This document shows, one piece after another, positions 11,496-22,475 of a stretch of 37,499 nt of DNA. The stretch is taken from positions 378,504-416,002 of the forward strand of contig NMRA01000405.1 of the NCBI GenBank assembly GCA_002633005.1, read 5' to 3'. The translations under genes and the position numbers were made by a program. Position 1 is the stretch's first letter; each line of letters opens with the position of its first letter. The notes beneath the pieces were generated by a model. That model did no database searches. It was not told the origin of the DNA and saw only the letters and a list, made by a program, of their open reading frames with translations. This stretch comes from Phoronis australis (lineage: Eukaryota > Animalia > Phoronida).

Positions 11496-12870
11496 AGTTA
11501 AAATGTTAAATATTATTCTTTTTAACAAGGCTATAAAAATTTCATGGATAAAGAGATTACTTAATTCTGAATCAAAATGGGTGAAATTGTTTGAACTTGA
11601 AACAGGGATTGCAAAGTCAAATATTATAAATTTTGGAAATGTTTTTATTAAATACCATACTGAAGTAATCAATCCTTTTTGGAACGAAGTTCTAAGTAAC
11701 TGGTCTTTTTTCATTAGTAAACAGCCCCATAAAGATGCGAACGATTTACTCTCAACAAGTTTATGGCATAACGATGAAATACTAATAGACAGAAAATCTA
11801 TCTTCTTTAGCAAGTATGCTAGTGGTGGTGTTCTTTTTATTAATGACCTACTTGATGAAAATAATAGATTTTACTCATTTACTGAATTCAAAAAGATCTC
11901 GAACATATCTACAAACTTTTTGGAATATTGTTCTCTGATTGAGTCTGTTAGGTCGTTTCTGAGGAGAACACCATTACAAATGCAGTTAATTAAGATATAT
12001 GGACCAATAATACCTTTTAATATCCGTAATTTTTTAAACTGCACATCAATATGTAAAATGATATATGAAAGTGTCTGCCACAACAACATTTTGCCTATTG
12101 CCCAAAAAAAATTTCAAAAGGAAGGTTATAACTTTCGAAGTGATGACTGGAAAAAATTATATTCAATGTCTTTTAAAACTACCTATGATTTCAAGTTATG
12201 TACACTGCAGTTTAAACTATTACATAGAATACTTGTAACCAACTCTTTTCTTAGAAAAATTAACCTGGTGGACTCTGATGTATGTACTTTCTGTCATTCA
12301 CAAAGTGAAACAGTGGATCACATCTTTTTCGAATGCAATAATGTAAAAACATTGATAGGAGAATTACGCATTTGGGTGTTGTTGGTAAAAGGTATAAATA
12401 TGGTTATTGACAAAAAAACAATGTTTTTTGGGATGCCCATAAGTAATGAAAATAAAGTTTTAAATTGGATACTTTTGCAATTAAAACATTTTATTTACCT
12501 ATCCAGGTGTAAAAAAATAATCCCCAGTTTCTGTCAGTTCCTTAAGATATTAGAAAGAGAATTTTATATTCAAAGAAGGATTTTATTAAATAATGGTAAT
12601 TTAGATGAATACCATGCAACCTGGAGAAACTGGTTAACCATAACTTTTGCCTGACAACATCCTACTAAGAGTAAGTGGGGGGGCGGGTGCGTGTGGCGTG
12701 TATGTTAAGGGTGAGAATGGCTTGATTTTTTTCTTACATATCTGTATTTCTGTTCTGTATACCAAATTGTGATACTTGACGGTAATCTGTTGCAACTAAT
12801 GTACTTGTATACTGTATTGTTTATTGTTTCGTGTAAATTGTAAATACCCATGCTAGAGAAAATAAAAAAA
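11496..12870 (+). mobile_element. 5'-truncated L1/Tx1-clade LINE
   Basis: Ends AATAAAAAAA; TSD GGCCTCCCAAG (11485-11495) / GACCTCCCAAG (12871-12881). Confidence 0.9.
11503..12654 (+). CDS. C-terminal part of Tx1/L1 ORF2 (zf-RVT region), uninterrupted 383 codons, lacks EN/RT core
   Basis: FNKAIKISWIKRLL, LWHN, QFKLLHRILVTN..L......CTFC....ETVDHIFFEC motifs. Confidence 0.85.
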   Translation: MLNIILFNKAIKISWIKRLLNSESKWVKLFELETGIAKSNIINFGNVFIKYHTEVINPFWNEVLSNWSFFISKQPHKDANDLLSTSLWHNDEILIDRKSIFFSKYASGGVLFINDLLDENNRFYSFTEFKKISNISTNFLEYCSLIESVRSFLRRTPLQMQLIKIYGPIIPFNIRNFLNCTSICKMIYESVCHNNILPIAQKKFQKEGYNFRSDDWKKLYSMSFKTTYDFKLCTLQFKLLHRILVTNSFLRKINLVDSDVCTFCHSQSETVDHIFFECNNVKTLIGELRIWVLLVKGINMVIDKKTMFFGMPISNENKVLNWILLQLKHFIYLSRCKKIIPSFCQFLKILEREFYIQRRILLNNGNLDEYHATWRNWLTITFA

Positions 12871-14772
12871 GACCTCCCAAGCATTGGCAAGATGGCGTAG
12901 AAATTTCTCTGGACTCGACGCGAGACCAAATGAAATACAACTCCATCGCATTCTTCCCCAAGGGGTACATAAGTTGGTTAGATGCTTGAGGCCTAATCTA
13001 AGACAGCTTGTAAGAGGCTGGCATTGGGTCTGCCACTGAGAAGATTTTGGTCTTGGGGTAATATCATCGACCTTTGGAAGCGTGTTGTGGTTTCACGTAA
13101 TGGCTTTGTTCAAGGGACTCGAATCGAAACAAACTTAAATCTTGCTTGGCTTGCTAACGACATCCAAGCATGCTCCTGATCCATGGAGTAGACTACGTGA
13201 CTTTTGGATGAACTCCCATGTCTATTAGTTCATAAATATTTTTTCAGATTTGGTTTCATCGTCTTGCGTTCTGGACCAGCTGCACTGTCGGGTCCTTGTC
13301 AGTATTATAAGTACCAGGAAGTTTTCCTAAACGAATGTATCTTTGTATTCGGCGAGCACTTCATCTTTCGACACGGGTTCGGTATCAGGGTAGATGACGT
13401 TGACAAGGTCATCTAACTGAACTCAATGAGGGCTTCTGAATCTCAAGTAGACAATGGCGAGTTTCGACCATCTTTCATGACCTAGATCAGATTGCCAATT
13501 TGCCGCCTTTGTGATGGTTATAACCATCTCGCCCTATCTACACATTGTCTACACAATTGTCAATGTATGCTCTGTCTTGCTCAATACAAGGATATTTTTT
13601 CATTCATCACGGAAGGAAAATTATCGAAATAGTTGAGCATTTGTTAGATATGTTGAGAATGATTCTGTGAGCCGTAAATGATGAGAATCATTGATCATTA
13701 TATTTGAGAGCCTGAGGATGAACCGCCAAGGTTCTCAACAAAAACTTAAATTGTCCTCTTGGTCTCTGTAATATTGCATAGAAGTATCTCCATACTTGTG
13801 GTTTTACGCACTTTTTTCTTAGTAAACGTACGACAGTTGTTTTATAATACTCCTCTATAACGAGGTCGGATGTGTCCAATCGAAGGTCCAGGAATAAAAG
13901 AAAACTGTGTTCTTGTGCAGACGTTCTCTTCATTGTTGCAGTTAACATCGGCCACTATCCCACTGTATTCCAATGCAAGAGCGTGTGTTATTCCGAGGTT
14001 AATGAGACCACAATGAGAAGATACTATAGTGCTTTGTGTAATAGCACTTGTGTATGGAGTATCTTTTTTGAAAACACTCAAGAATGGCTCGTTGGGGGAG
14101 ATCTCGTCAGACTCCGTTTGTGCACGTGGCAGAATGTTTGAATGTATATGGCGCTCGAACTGGTACCAAAATTAAAACTTTTAAGTTATACTGTGTTGAG
14201 GGCTCGTACTGCTGAACAATGTCCAAGACAAATTCAGTGCGTCTACAAATTTATGAATTAGTGCTTGGAAGGTCAGTACACAGCGTCACAATTTGAGGGT
14301 TTTGGCAGTTTCGCGAAACCCCACAATCCAGTTTCACAACCGAAAACGAGAACGGTTTGTTCTTCGAGGTCTACACAATTTGTTGCAATTTGAAGATTGC
14401 ACAGTTTGTGCATTTGCGACAGTTTGTGATTTTAAAAAGCGCCCAGTCACACTAAAGCCTCTCTTCGTGCCGTCTAAACACGGATGAAACGGGTGTGCCG
14501 GCTACAGAGTTCTTTTTATATGAGTACAAATATTTGTCGGTTCCCACTCGGATGCTTTCCAGTTTCCGAGGTCGATATCAAAACTACACTAGTGTGACCC
14601 TTTTCTTACAAATTTAAACGTTCTAGTTTAAATAGCTTGAAGGCAAGAGTAGACTCAGGTTTATGCAAGTTCAAATGAACACAAAGTTTCTGTTTCTTTG
14701 GAAGAAAAACAAAGTGTCATTACAATTGATCTGTTTAAAATTGGTACGGCTAAATGGTGGCAAACTACTTAC

Positions 14773-14924
14773 CCATATTTTTTGATATGTTTCACCAAAG
14801 AACTTAAAAGGAACTTCAAGATCAAGGAGTTGGAACCCGTCGTCAGCCAGTGGCATCAGCGTATCATTGACGCATGCCCCATAGTCGAAAAGCTTCGACC
14901 CTCGCTTACAAAACTGTTCTTTGC
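14773..14924 (-). CDS. NIDO-domain protein, coding exon 2
   Basis: ATAATGCAG acceptor (phase 1) and TGG|GTAAGT donor (phase 0); (G)KEQFCKRGSKLFDYGACVNDTLMPLADDGFQLLDLEVPFKFFGETYQKIW matches the pre-NIDO LxxYG..D....DDG...FxFFG pattern and joins ICTNG in frame. Confidence 0.9.
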
Positions 14925-15539
14925 CTGCATTATAATGACCACGAAAACTTTAACATTAAATACACTTTCGACGGTTCACGGCTTATGCAGCAATAAACAA
15001 TACCTTTCCATCGTCAAGAAAATTATTTTGATCATGTAGTGCAAAAGTTGTTTCCTGGAAAAAGAAACTTAAATGATGATTGAATTTATATGTTTGCCTC
15101 CACATTTCCTGAAAACTGAGTAAGAGAATATCACACATTCCCCTTGGTGTAGATTACAACATTAAAATATAAGCTTGTGCAACGAATATACTGCTAAATT
15201 CAAGCTCGTCTTTCAAACGTAAGTTTATGGCAATAGAAACATGTTTGTCATGAAGACGTATAAATCTTGTTTACTCTTCCTAGCTCTCTACCACACCAGT
15301 GCCATTGCGCTACTCTTGAAACTGCAGTATCACAAGTTGACTGTGGGTTTAGTTTAAAATGTGGATGGAGAGAGAATGATTAAATCCAGTAATTATTTTA
15401 TTATATAATAATCACTTATTAAAATAAATGAAACCTAATGTTAGTTTATTACAATAACAGTGAAGAGTAACTACGTTGTGAGGATTACTTCAATCAGTTA
15501 ACCATAAAGAATCAAACGTCTTATCTGCTATCCAAGCTG

Positions 15540-16000
15540 TAGGACTCGACACACAATTAATACATATAAAAGCTTATGGAGATTCCGTGAAAGACCCAAA
15601 GGGTCCGCTGACCACGGAACCTCCAAAGGCACACAATAATATGGAAACCTTTTTGGAATGTATATTATTAGCTGTACCAAACTTAGTAGGTCATGTTCCA
15701 AAACTGACAACATATTTTAGGAGATTGCCCTTATTTTGGTTGCTTGGTTGAGATGCTGTTCGCAGTGAACTTGGAATGCCAAAATACATATGGAATTCCG
15801 AGTTTGCTCAAGCAAAAATGTCAAGACTAAGCAAGCAAGTTTTTGAAATTATTATCACAGAAATTCAAACGAGTTCATGAGCCAATAAACCCACAGGGCT
15901 TCAAAACTACGAGCCAATTTGCAGGCAGTATGGGGCACGTTAGTATTTGCTATCCATTTCAATTCCATTTTTGGTGGGAGCATTTTGACATGTATAATTT
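15540..16000 (-). mobile_element. Old 3' fragment of a Crack-like LINE related to the element at 21118-25839
   Basis: The reverse complement of 15572-15625 matches the 3' UTR hairpin at 25691-25743; a degenerate ORF2 tail (QTRNS...ANSI..QATKI) lies upstream. Boundaries approximate. Confidence 0.6.
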
Positions 16001-17216
16001 CGTCTTTTACCCCAGTTCCTTTCGCGGCAATTAACTTCAGAACAAACGATATCTGATTTTCGAAATAGCAGCACCACATGGAAAATCCTGCCTGAAGGTT
16101 GTCAGGTCTTTGGTGGTACAGTCGTTCAGCACCACCCACAAACCCCAAGTAATGCGAACAGAGGTTTCAACTTATTGTTGTAAACCTGATTTAATACCTG
16201 GAATCTAATGTCGTAAAATTTCTACGGCTTTGAGGTGGAGCAACTACTGCATACCCGTTAAAATACATCGTTAGACGCTTTTCAAGATTCTGGCTGTGAC
16301 TGTCGGTGGGTGGCACTGCAGGCAGCTTTATTTCGTGTGAAACCTAAGCAAGCCGCAGTAAATACTCTTTCCGATAATTCGAAGCACTAATTTTTCATCC
16401 TTCTTCGGCTTTGGGACATTAAAAGAGCGAAAATGGGGCGAAGTTTATTTCAGAAGTAGAAACCATCGTAGCTACCAGCCATCTTCAAATTCTGTCCACC
16501 AAACTTGTGAGTTGGATCAAGCGGAAGTCACATTCGTGCTATAGAGAGCGCCATTACGAAAAGCCCGCTATTGGCATCCGAGCATTCTCATGCACAACAT
16601 GCTTGAACCCCGGCATTAACGTTGTTGTTTCGTCTGTTTTGCATTGCCCTTGTGTTAAAATCTGAATGCAACGAATATTCAAGTGATTCAGGACAAAAAA
16701 GCGTACTTGCGACTCAATTGATGTGCCAATGACGCGGTGCGTGGTCACATTATTGACACTGGAAATGGGCACGCGATGCAATTGAGACGATTACTAGGAC
16801 GACGTCAACGACAATCCAATGGCATATTGCCTTAACGTTTGTCGGGATAGTGTAAAAACCCAATTTGTTCCAAAACATGGTTTGCGCAGGAAATTCGTTG
16901 CACACACTTTTCTTAATAGCTAGATGAAAACTGAGGATTATAATATGTAATGAGCAGTACGAAAATACCCTCTCGCTATATTCAATTACATGTACAACAT
17001 AAAGCCTACCATCTTGCATTTGCAGTCTGCTCACAACCGCAACACACTCTCGTGCGCTCTCATATTGTTTATTTCGCAATTTGACCCTTTTGGCGTCTTC
17101 CATGGGACTCTGTCATTTCCGGTCGCCTGTTTTAACCCTGAAGACAACCAGTGGCTACTTCATCAGAATTTACAACAAACAGACGACAAAATAACTTCTT
17201 GCATATTAGTGCTCAC

Positions 17217-17301
17217 CTTGCGCTGTGATTGAGTAGACCCAGATACATGTATGAAGAAACCATACGTGATAAAGAACTTCTTGCCTTTTCATCCACCGCA
17301 T
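17217..17301 (-). CDS. NIDO-domain protein, coding exon 1 (putative signal peptide)
   Basis: (MRW)MKRQEVLYHVWFLHTCIWVYSITAQ-G|GTGAGC; the phase-1 donor matches the phase-1 acceptor at 14924; hydrophobic core and ITA-Q cleavage-like site. Alternative ATG at 17292. Confidence 0.7.
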
Positions 17302-18764
17302 TTCGACGCTTTAAGGCATTTAAGCTACCTGCCACAAACCGTATATAACTTCAGAATACCTGAATGCTCTCGTCGTTCTACATACACCTGAAAATACTAA
17401 ACTTGTTGGAATAACCTCTGAAGCACAAGGTGTAGGACCTTGTCTAATTTATGGGAAAGATACATGGATTACGTCTCTCTCAAAAAAATCCGCTGAAAAT
17501 ACGTTTCGCATGTTGTCGAAGTCATCAAAATTTTTAATTTTCAGGAACCAAAATTTTTGTTATTACACAGATAAATACTTTACTTTATTTTGCAAGAAAC
17601 TTTCACTTCCTCGTAGTTGGCGATATCTTGTGGAGTCTTTCGTAATTTGGGATTTTCACGACGTTCTCTCGTCTACAGAACGCACGCCTATTTTCTGATT
17701 ATAAAATCAAAAGTAGATGCGCATTGTGTTTTCATGGCAAAAACGTCGTTCATTCAGAAATATAACATTTCAGTGAACACTCGGCTGGTTTTACTACTGG
17801 CTCTCGTGAGTTAATTTCTTTCATTGTCGCCGCCAACGACAAAAACACACGATTCTAAACTATACAATTAATTCCAGATCTTCAAAGGACACCATTCATT
17901 ATCAAAGTGGAGGGTAAAATGCTAAAGAGCTCGCAAAATACACAATGCGAACACCTGAGCCAGTTGCATAATACGACACGTTTTCATAACATTACATGGA
18001 ACGCCGAAGCTACTCGGTCGAACCGTGCTCAGATTAATTCATACTATTTATGCCATTTCTATAAGCAACTAGCACCTGTATCTCGATTTTTGATAAAGAT
18101 GAGATCATCCATGCATCACGCAAACAAAGACATACTCGAGATTGATTTTTGTCACAGAACATTGTTTTCCGCTGAGATGCTAGGTTGTTGTGCATTACGA
18201 AATTGACCGTAAATTTGAGGTCAAAATCGCTGGTATGACATTGTTGAAAACAATTTATGGATTGATTTACGTCTCGATGACAAATGCTGTTAAACTCGTT
18301 ATGGTAATGGAGACGTTTCTGTATGTTATCACCATTTACATTGCCTACATGCATGTGAGTGGTGGTCTCTACTTTATCTAGATACCGTGTAACGTGTTTT
18401 TCAGCCAAGTTGGAAAACCTGTTTAGTACAGGTACATGTATGTGAAATTGCGCCATATAACAGGACGAGCACGCTGTATATGCGCGTTTAAGACACGAAA
18501 TTAGCACTACAACTTGGTATATATCGGGGCACTCGCTTTTAGCATAAAGGTTGGTTTATGTAGATGGAAGTAATAAATACTTTCTTAACAAGGTTTCAGA
18601 AGGTTGGAGAAAGGATGTCTGTCAATCCGCTTAAACCGGCAACCGGTATGGGTTCAATCCTTCACGCTAAATGTGAGAACTCCGAAAGACACAAGGTAGC
18701 GGACTAAGTTCGTATCATTTTAAACCATCAGAAAGTTCTGGTTTCGCTATAAAAATAAAGTGAA

Positions 18765-18775
18765 TACTCACCTTA
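18765..18775 (-). other. Consensus splice donor, possible end of a 5' UTR exon of the NIDO gene
   Basis: AAG|GTGAGTA at 18772; a candidate acceptor TATTTTCAG lies at 17388, upstream of the ATG. Confidence 0.3.
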
Positions 18776-19599
18776 CTAAATCTAATTGGTCAACGAGTAC
18801 TTGTCGGGTAGAAGATTTAGCGAGACACGTCCTTATGTCATACATGGATGCGCAAGTCAAAATTTATAACCACACATTCATTTATTATCGCGGTAATAAC
18901 ACGATTTAATGACGTCTATCCCATTAACGAATTTTAACGGCCATTACATTTTGATTTACGCAGATTTAAATCACCACGGGACTTTTTTGTATTTGGCGTA
19001 AGTTACCGTCACCCACCAATCGTCTTTGAGTTGCAAACGTGTCTCACCACAGTATTGTAAGAGGTCTTCGGCACACATACATGCATCTGAATATACGAAC
19101 AACATGCTAACTACTCAAGTTTTCGAGAAATCACGAAACAATTTCCGTTCCGAGTTAATCTTGATTTGCCATATTGGTACAATGTAGGTAGGAAATGCGT
19201 TCACATGGAAATTGAATCCGATAAAGAACTGTTAAAATTAATTCGGAACAAACAAGCCTTCCCCCAAGGGGGCGCAGCAATATCTCAAAGAATAACATGG
19301 GCGGCACACCACTTGGGGGGGCTATAGGCCCACTTACTTCAGTGCTGCGCCGCTTATGAATAACGAACCGCCACTTCTTCTCAAACTCTTCTGGGAGACC
19401 AACTTTATAGCGGTAATTTTGTGTAAATCAAGTTTCTTTTTATTTTTATTCTCCCAGTTCAACCTAAGCAAGGACAGCGGTCTCGATCGGCTTCCCTTGA
19501 CTCTATTTACAATTTATTGAAAGAAAAGTTTACCAAGCTTAAAGTATTCTTGTAATGAATTATAGAAATACATACATGTATAAAACATACAATACAGAG

Positions 19600-21117
19600 C
19601 CCTTACTTACTTGTAAACATGGCGGTATCTGCTACCCAACATCGTCGTCAGCCAGGAGTCCATCGTCATCGTGGGTTTCGACCCTCTTCGATGGTAGGTC
19701 TCTGAAGGCTGATCAGATCTCCAGCCAACGCTGGGGTTGCCATTTGTTTTCACGGCCACACGGTTGCTTCCTCCGCTGCTCTTACAGTAGACTTGAACAT
19801 ATCAGCTCGCCCTCTTGATGAAAAACCCAGTAGCTTCGTTGTCCACCATATGCTGCCAACAATAAACCCTCGACATCCAACTTCTATGGAAGACAGAAGC
19901 ATTTCCAGCCACTGGCTCCACATTCTCGCGATACCTCTACGTTTCGTCTCGTGAGCCTCCTGCACCCTGGTCTCCCACGGCACAGTTAACTCAGTCAAAA
20001 ATACTTCTTGCTGTCTAACCACAACACTGTGTCCGGTCTTAACTGGGTTACTGCAATATGACACGGGAATGAACCCCTAGTGACCACATCCCTCACAATC
20101 TTCCAGTCGGCAGCCATGCCTAGAACGCCTGATTCGCACTTCTTAGTGGATATTCCGCCTTTGAAGAATTGAATGAGTGCCTTGCCTTCCTTCTCTCTAG
20201 ATCTAAAACATGTGCTATACACTTGAGAATCTTGTCATGGCGCCAAGTGTACTTCCCTGAAGTGAGAGCTTCTCTACAGCTGGATAGAACGTGTTCTAAG
20301 GTAAACCGCTTGCCACAGCACCTGCAGATGTCAACCTCAGTTTTACCCCACGTTCGAAGATTGACAGGAGTTGGGAGGCTGTCATATATGGAACCAAGTA
20401 GAAAACCCAATCTGAACTGGTCTGAAAACACAAGATCTTTACAGTTATCCTTCTGCTGTTCACTCCTTCCCATAATGTCCATGCACCTTGTTTGCTCAGT
20501 CCGACCGCTTCAGCGTATCTTCTCTCATCCTCGTAGGATCTCACTTCGTCCAGAACCATTTTGCGCCTCTCTTTGCCTGTTGACGACTTCCACCTCATCC
20601 CCGGAACCCTTCTCAATCCCTGTCTTGCATGGCAGACGGTGCCCACGATGTCTTTATGCCGTAACCTGCTCTCTGCCTCCTCCATTGCCACTGCAACCTT
20701 CCACTTTCTTCCAGAGTCTACCGATAATTCACTCGCTCTGATCGTCTCTTCTCTTGAGTTACGCAGAGTCAGTAATGTTCTGCACTTAATCACCTTGAAG
20801 TCCTCCACTATCGATGTCACTGGCAGAGGAACTGCACCTCATTTGATGTATAAGCCGAGTCTTTCAAACCTTGGTGGGACACCCAACCACTTTCTTAAAT
20901 ATCTGCTCACCATCCTTTCCGTTTTCTCTGCAGCTGAAGTTGAGAAATCGCATATTGTCAGTGGCCACATAACTTTAGGGAAAAGTCCAAACTGGTAACA
21001 CCAGACTTTACATCTGCCCGAGAGACCGCTTTTCTCAATCTTGGTCAAATTTTAATTCAGCTCTTTGACGGCTGCCTTTACATACATCTTTCAAAGACTC
21101 ACGGTAGGACTTCCCTA
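19600..21117 (-). mobile_element. Hero-clade (RLE) non-LTR retrotransposon, 3' half
   Basis: LRKWLGVP, GSIYDSLPTPVNLRTWG, CRCCG...LEHVLSSC zinc knuckle, YTWRHDKIL, LRPDTVLW..ELTVPWE restriction-like endonuclease, IEVGCRGF; (TAAG)n tail at 19602-19612; frameshifted. Confidence 0.9.
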
Positions 21118-21310
21118 GATCACTTCCGGTTATCGCCGAGACAACACGTGGATTCTAACAGGGAAAATTTTCTCCGTTTCGAAAGGAATATCTGTTTCTA
21201 CGGAGAGTCAAATTTGTTGCATATTATCCTTCACAATGGATATCGCTCACAAATGACGTGCTTTTAAGGACAGTGCCGAGTTAAAGGCTTCTACACCCAA
21301 TGCCAAGCCA

Positions 21311-22048
21311 TTGAAGCAATCTACTATTACACCTCTGACATCAAAGCCAATGGCCATCTCTAGCACCGGGCCTCAGTCAGGATTCGACATTAAGCAAGAA
21401 ATAAAAGACGTGCTCCTAGACAGCGAAATTAAAGGTTTCTTCACGGAACTCCTGCAATCACTTATTTCTGCTCAAACTACTGCCATTCGTGAACTTTTAG
21501 CGGCCAAAGACCGTGAGATCGATGTTTTGAAAAATGAGGCTGCCGCCATGAAGAGTCATTCTGAGCACAAGATCGAAAACCTCGAAGTTATGCTGGATGA
21601 ACAACAAGCCTATGGCCGTCTAAACAGTCTTATAGTAAGTCGTTATGAAGAGATAAGAGGTGAGAACACGGATGACTTTATACTTTCTCTTGCTAAGCGT
21701 ATGAGCGCCGAGATTGATATCAAAGACATTTGTCGCAGCCATCGTCTTGGCGCACCCCCCGGGTCTTCTACCTCAAGTAAACCAAGACCTCTTATTGTGA
21801 AGTTTTTCTCCTTCAATGCGAGAACCAAGTTCACTGTGAATCGAAAAGCATTGAACAAATCGGACAAGCCTTTGTTTGTGAACGAGAACTTAACGCCAAA
21901 AAGAGCGCAGGTTTTCAGGTAATGCCGCGACTTAGTCAAGCGAAAGTCTGTTCTGAGCTGCTGGACATTTGTGGGTAAAGTTTTTATTAAACGTCTTGAC
22001 AACTCGGTAACCTGTGTCAAGGATCTGTCAGACTTGAGTGAACTATAA
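21311..22048 (+). pseudogene. LINE ORF1 (coiled coil + RRM/CTD type), one frameshift near 21920
   Basis: DEQQAYGRLNSLIV, ICRSHRLG, KPRPLIVKF, LFVNENLT, then CWTFVGKVFIK in the shifted frame to TAA at 22048. Confidence 0.85.
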
Positions 22049-22475
22049 TTTCTACTGGTAGGCCCAGTGGTCTCACATTTACAATTTTCTGCCATGGGTG
22101 GTGATTTCTAGTGTTTCCTAGTCTTGTCATGAGTTGCAGGGTTTCATGAACTTGCGTGAGTTATTGTTACGTTGTTTCCTACTTTACATATTCTGCTTTT
22201 GAGCTGTCAATCACTGTCGAATTTCGCTTGCATTTGTTGTTTGAAACTCAGATATCTGAGTTTGAAATGAGTGTTTGATCTCCTGCTGGGTAAGCTCAGT
22301 CCTTGTGCACAGTTGGTTCTCTGACATCTTCCATTGGCGTGCCCACTCTGTTGTATTATGCTTCTCTCCCGGGGAAAATTTCCATCCACTGCTAGTCTCA
22401 CGTAGACACCTATCAGTGTTGTTGTTTTGCCATTGATCTTTATTTTCGTTGCAGTATACACTTTATTACACTACA

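Larger units (their letters stand above)
9540..14170 (-). mobile_element. Decayed Ty3/Gypsy LTR retrotransposon internal region (gag-PR-RT-RNaseH-IN), split by a LINE at 11496-12870
   Basis: Frameshifted motifs in Gypsy order: gag-like RYFYAILQ..LRTLA (~13750); EVLAEYKDTF (~13340); RT TPWGRMRW..FGLASSPEKF (~12930); VAVMEDDIIVSG (~11460); RNase H GLCAVLSQENHPVV..HALIPSE...LEKD (~10950); integrase PVPKYPWE (~10350) and SSKIQRLMTRR..LLP (~10160). LTRs not identified; ends approximate. Confidence 0.85.

Noticed and set aside
9150-14660. Paired LTRs, PBS and PPT for the Gypsy element
   Set aside because: TGGTACCAG (~14169, - strand) and a G5 run (~9460) are suggestive, but no matching direct repeats were found.
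18034-18507. 157-aa minus-strand ORF
   Set aside because: No recognisable motif, non-ATG start and no supporting splice structure.
19640-19720. Hammerhead or HDV ribozyme
   Set aside because: CTGATCA and CGAAA occur, but the CUGANGA core and stem arrangement are not satisfied; better explained as a 3' UTR stem-loop.
20169-20998. Plus-strand 190-aa and 145-aa ORFs
   Set aside because: Antisense shadows of the Hero coding region.
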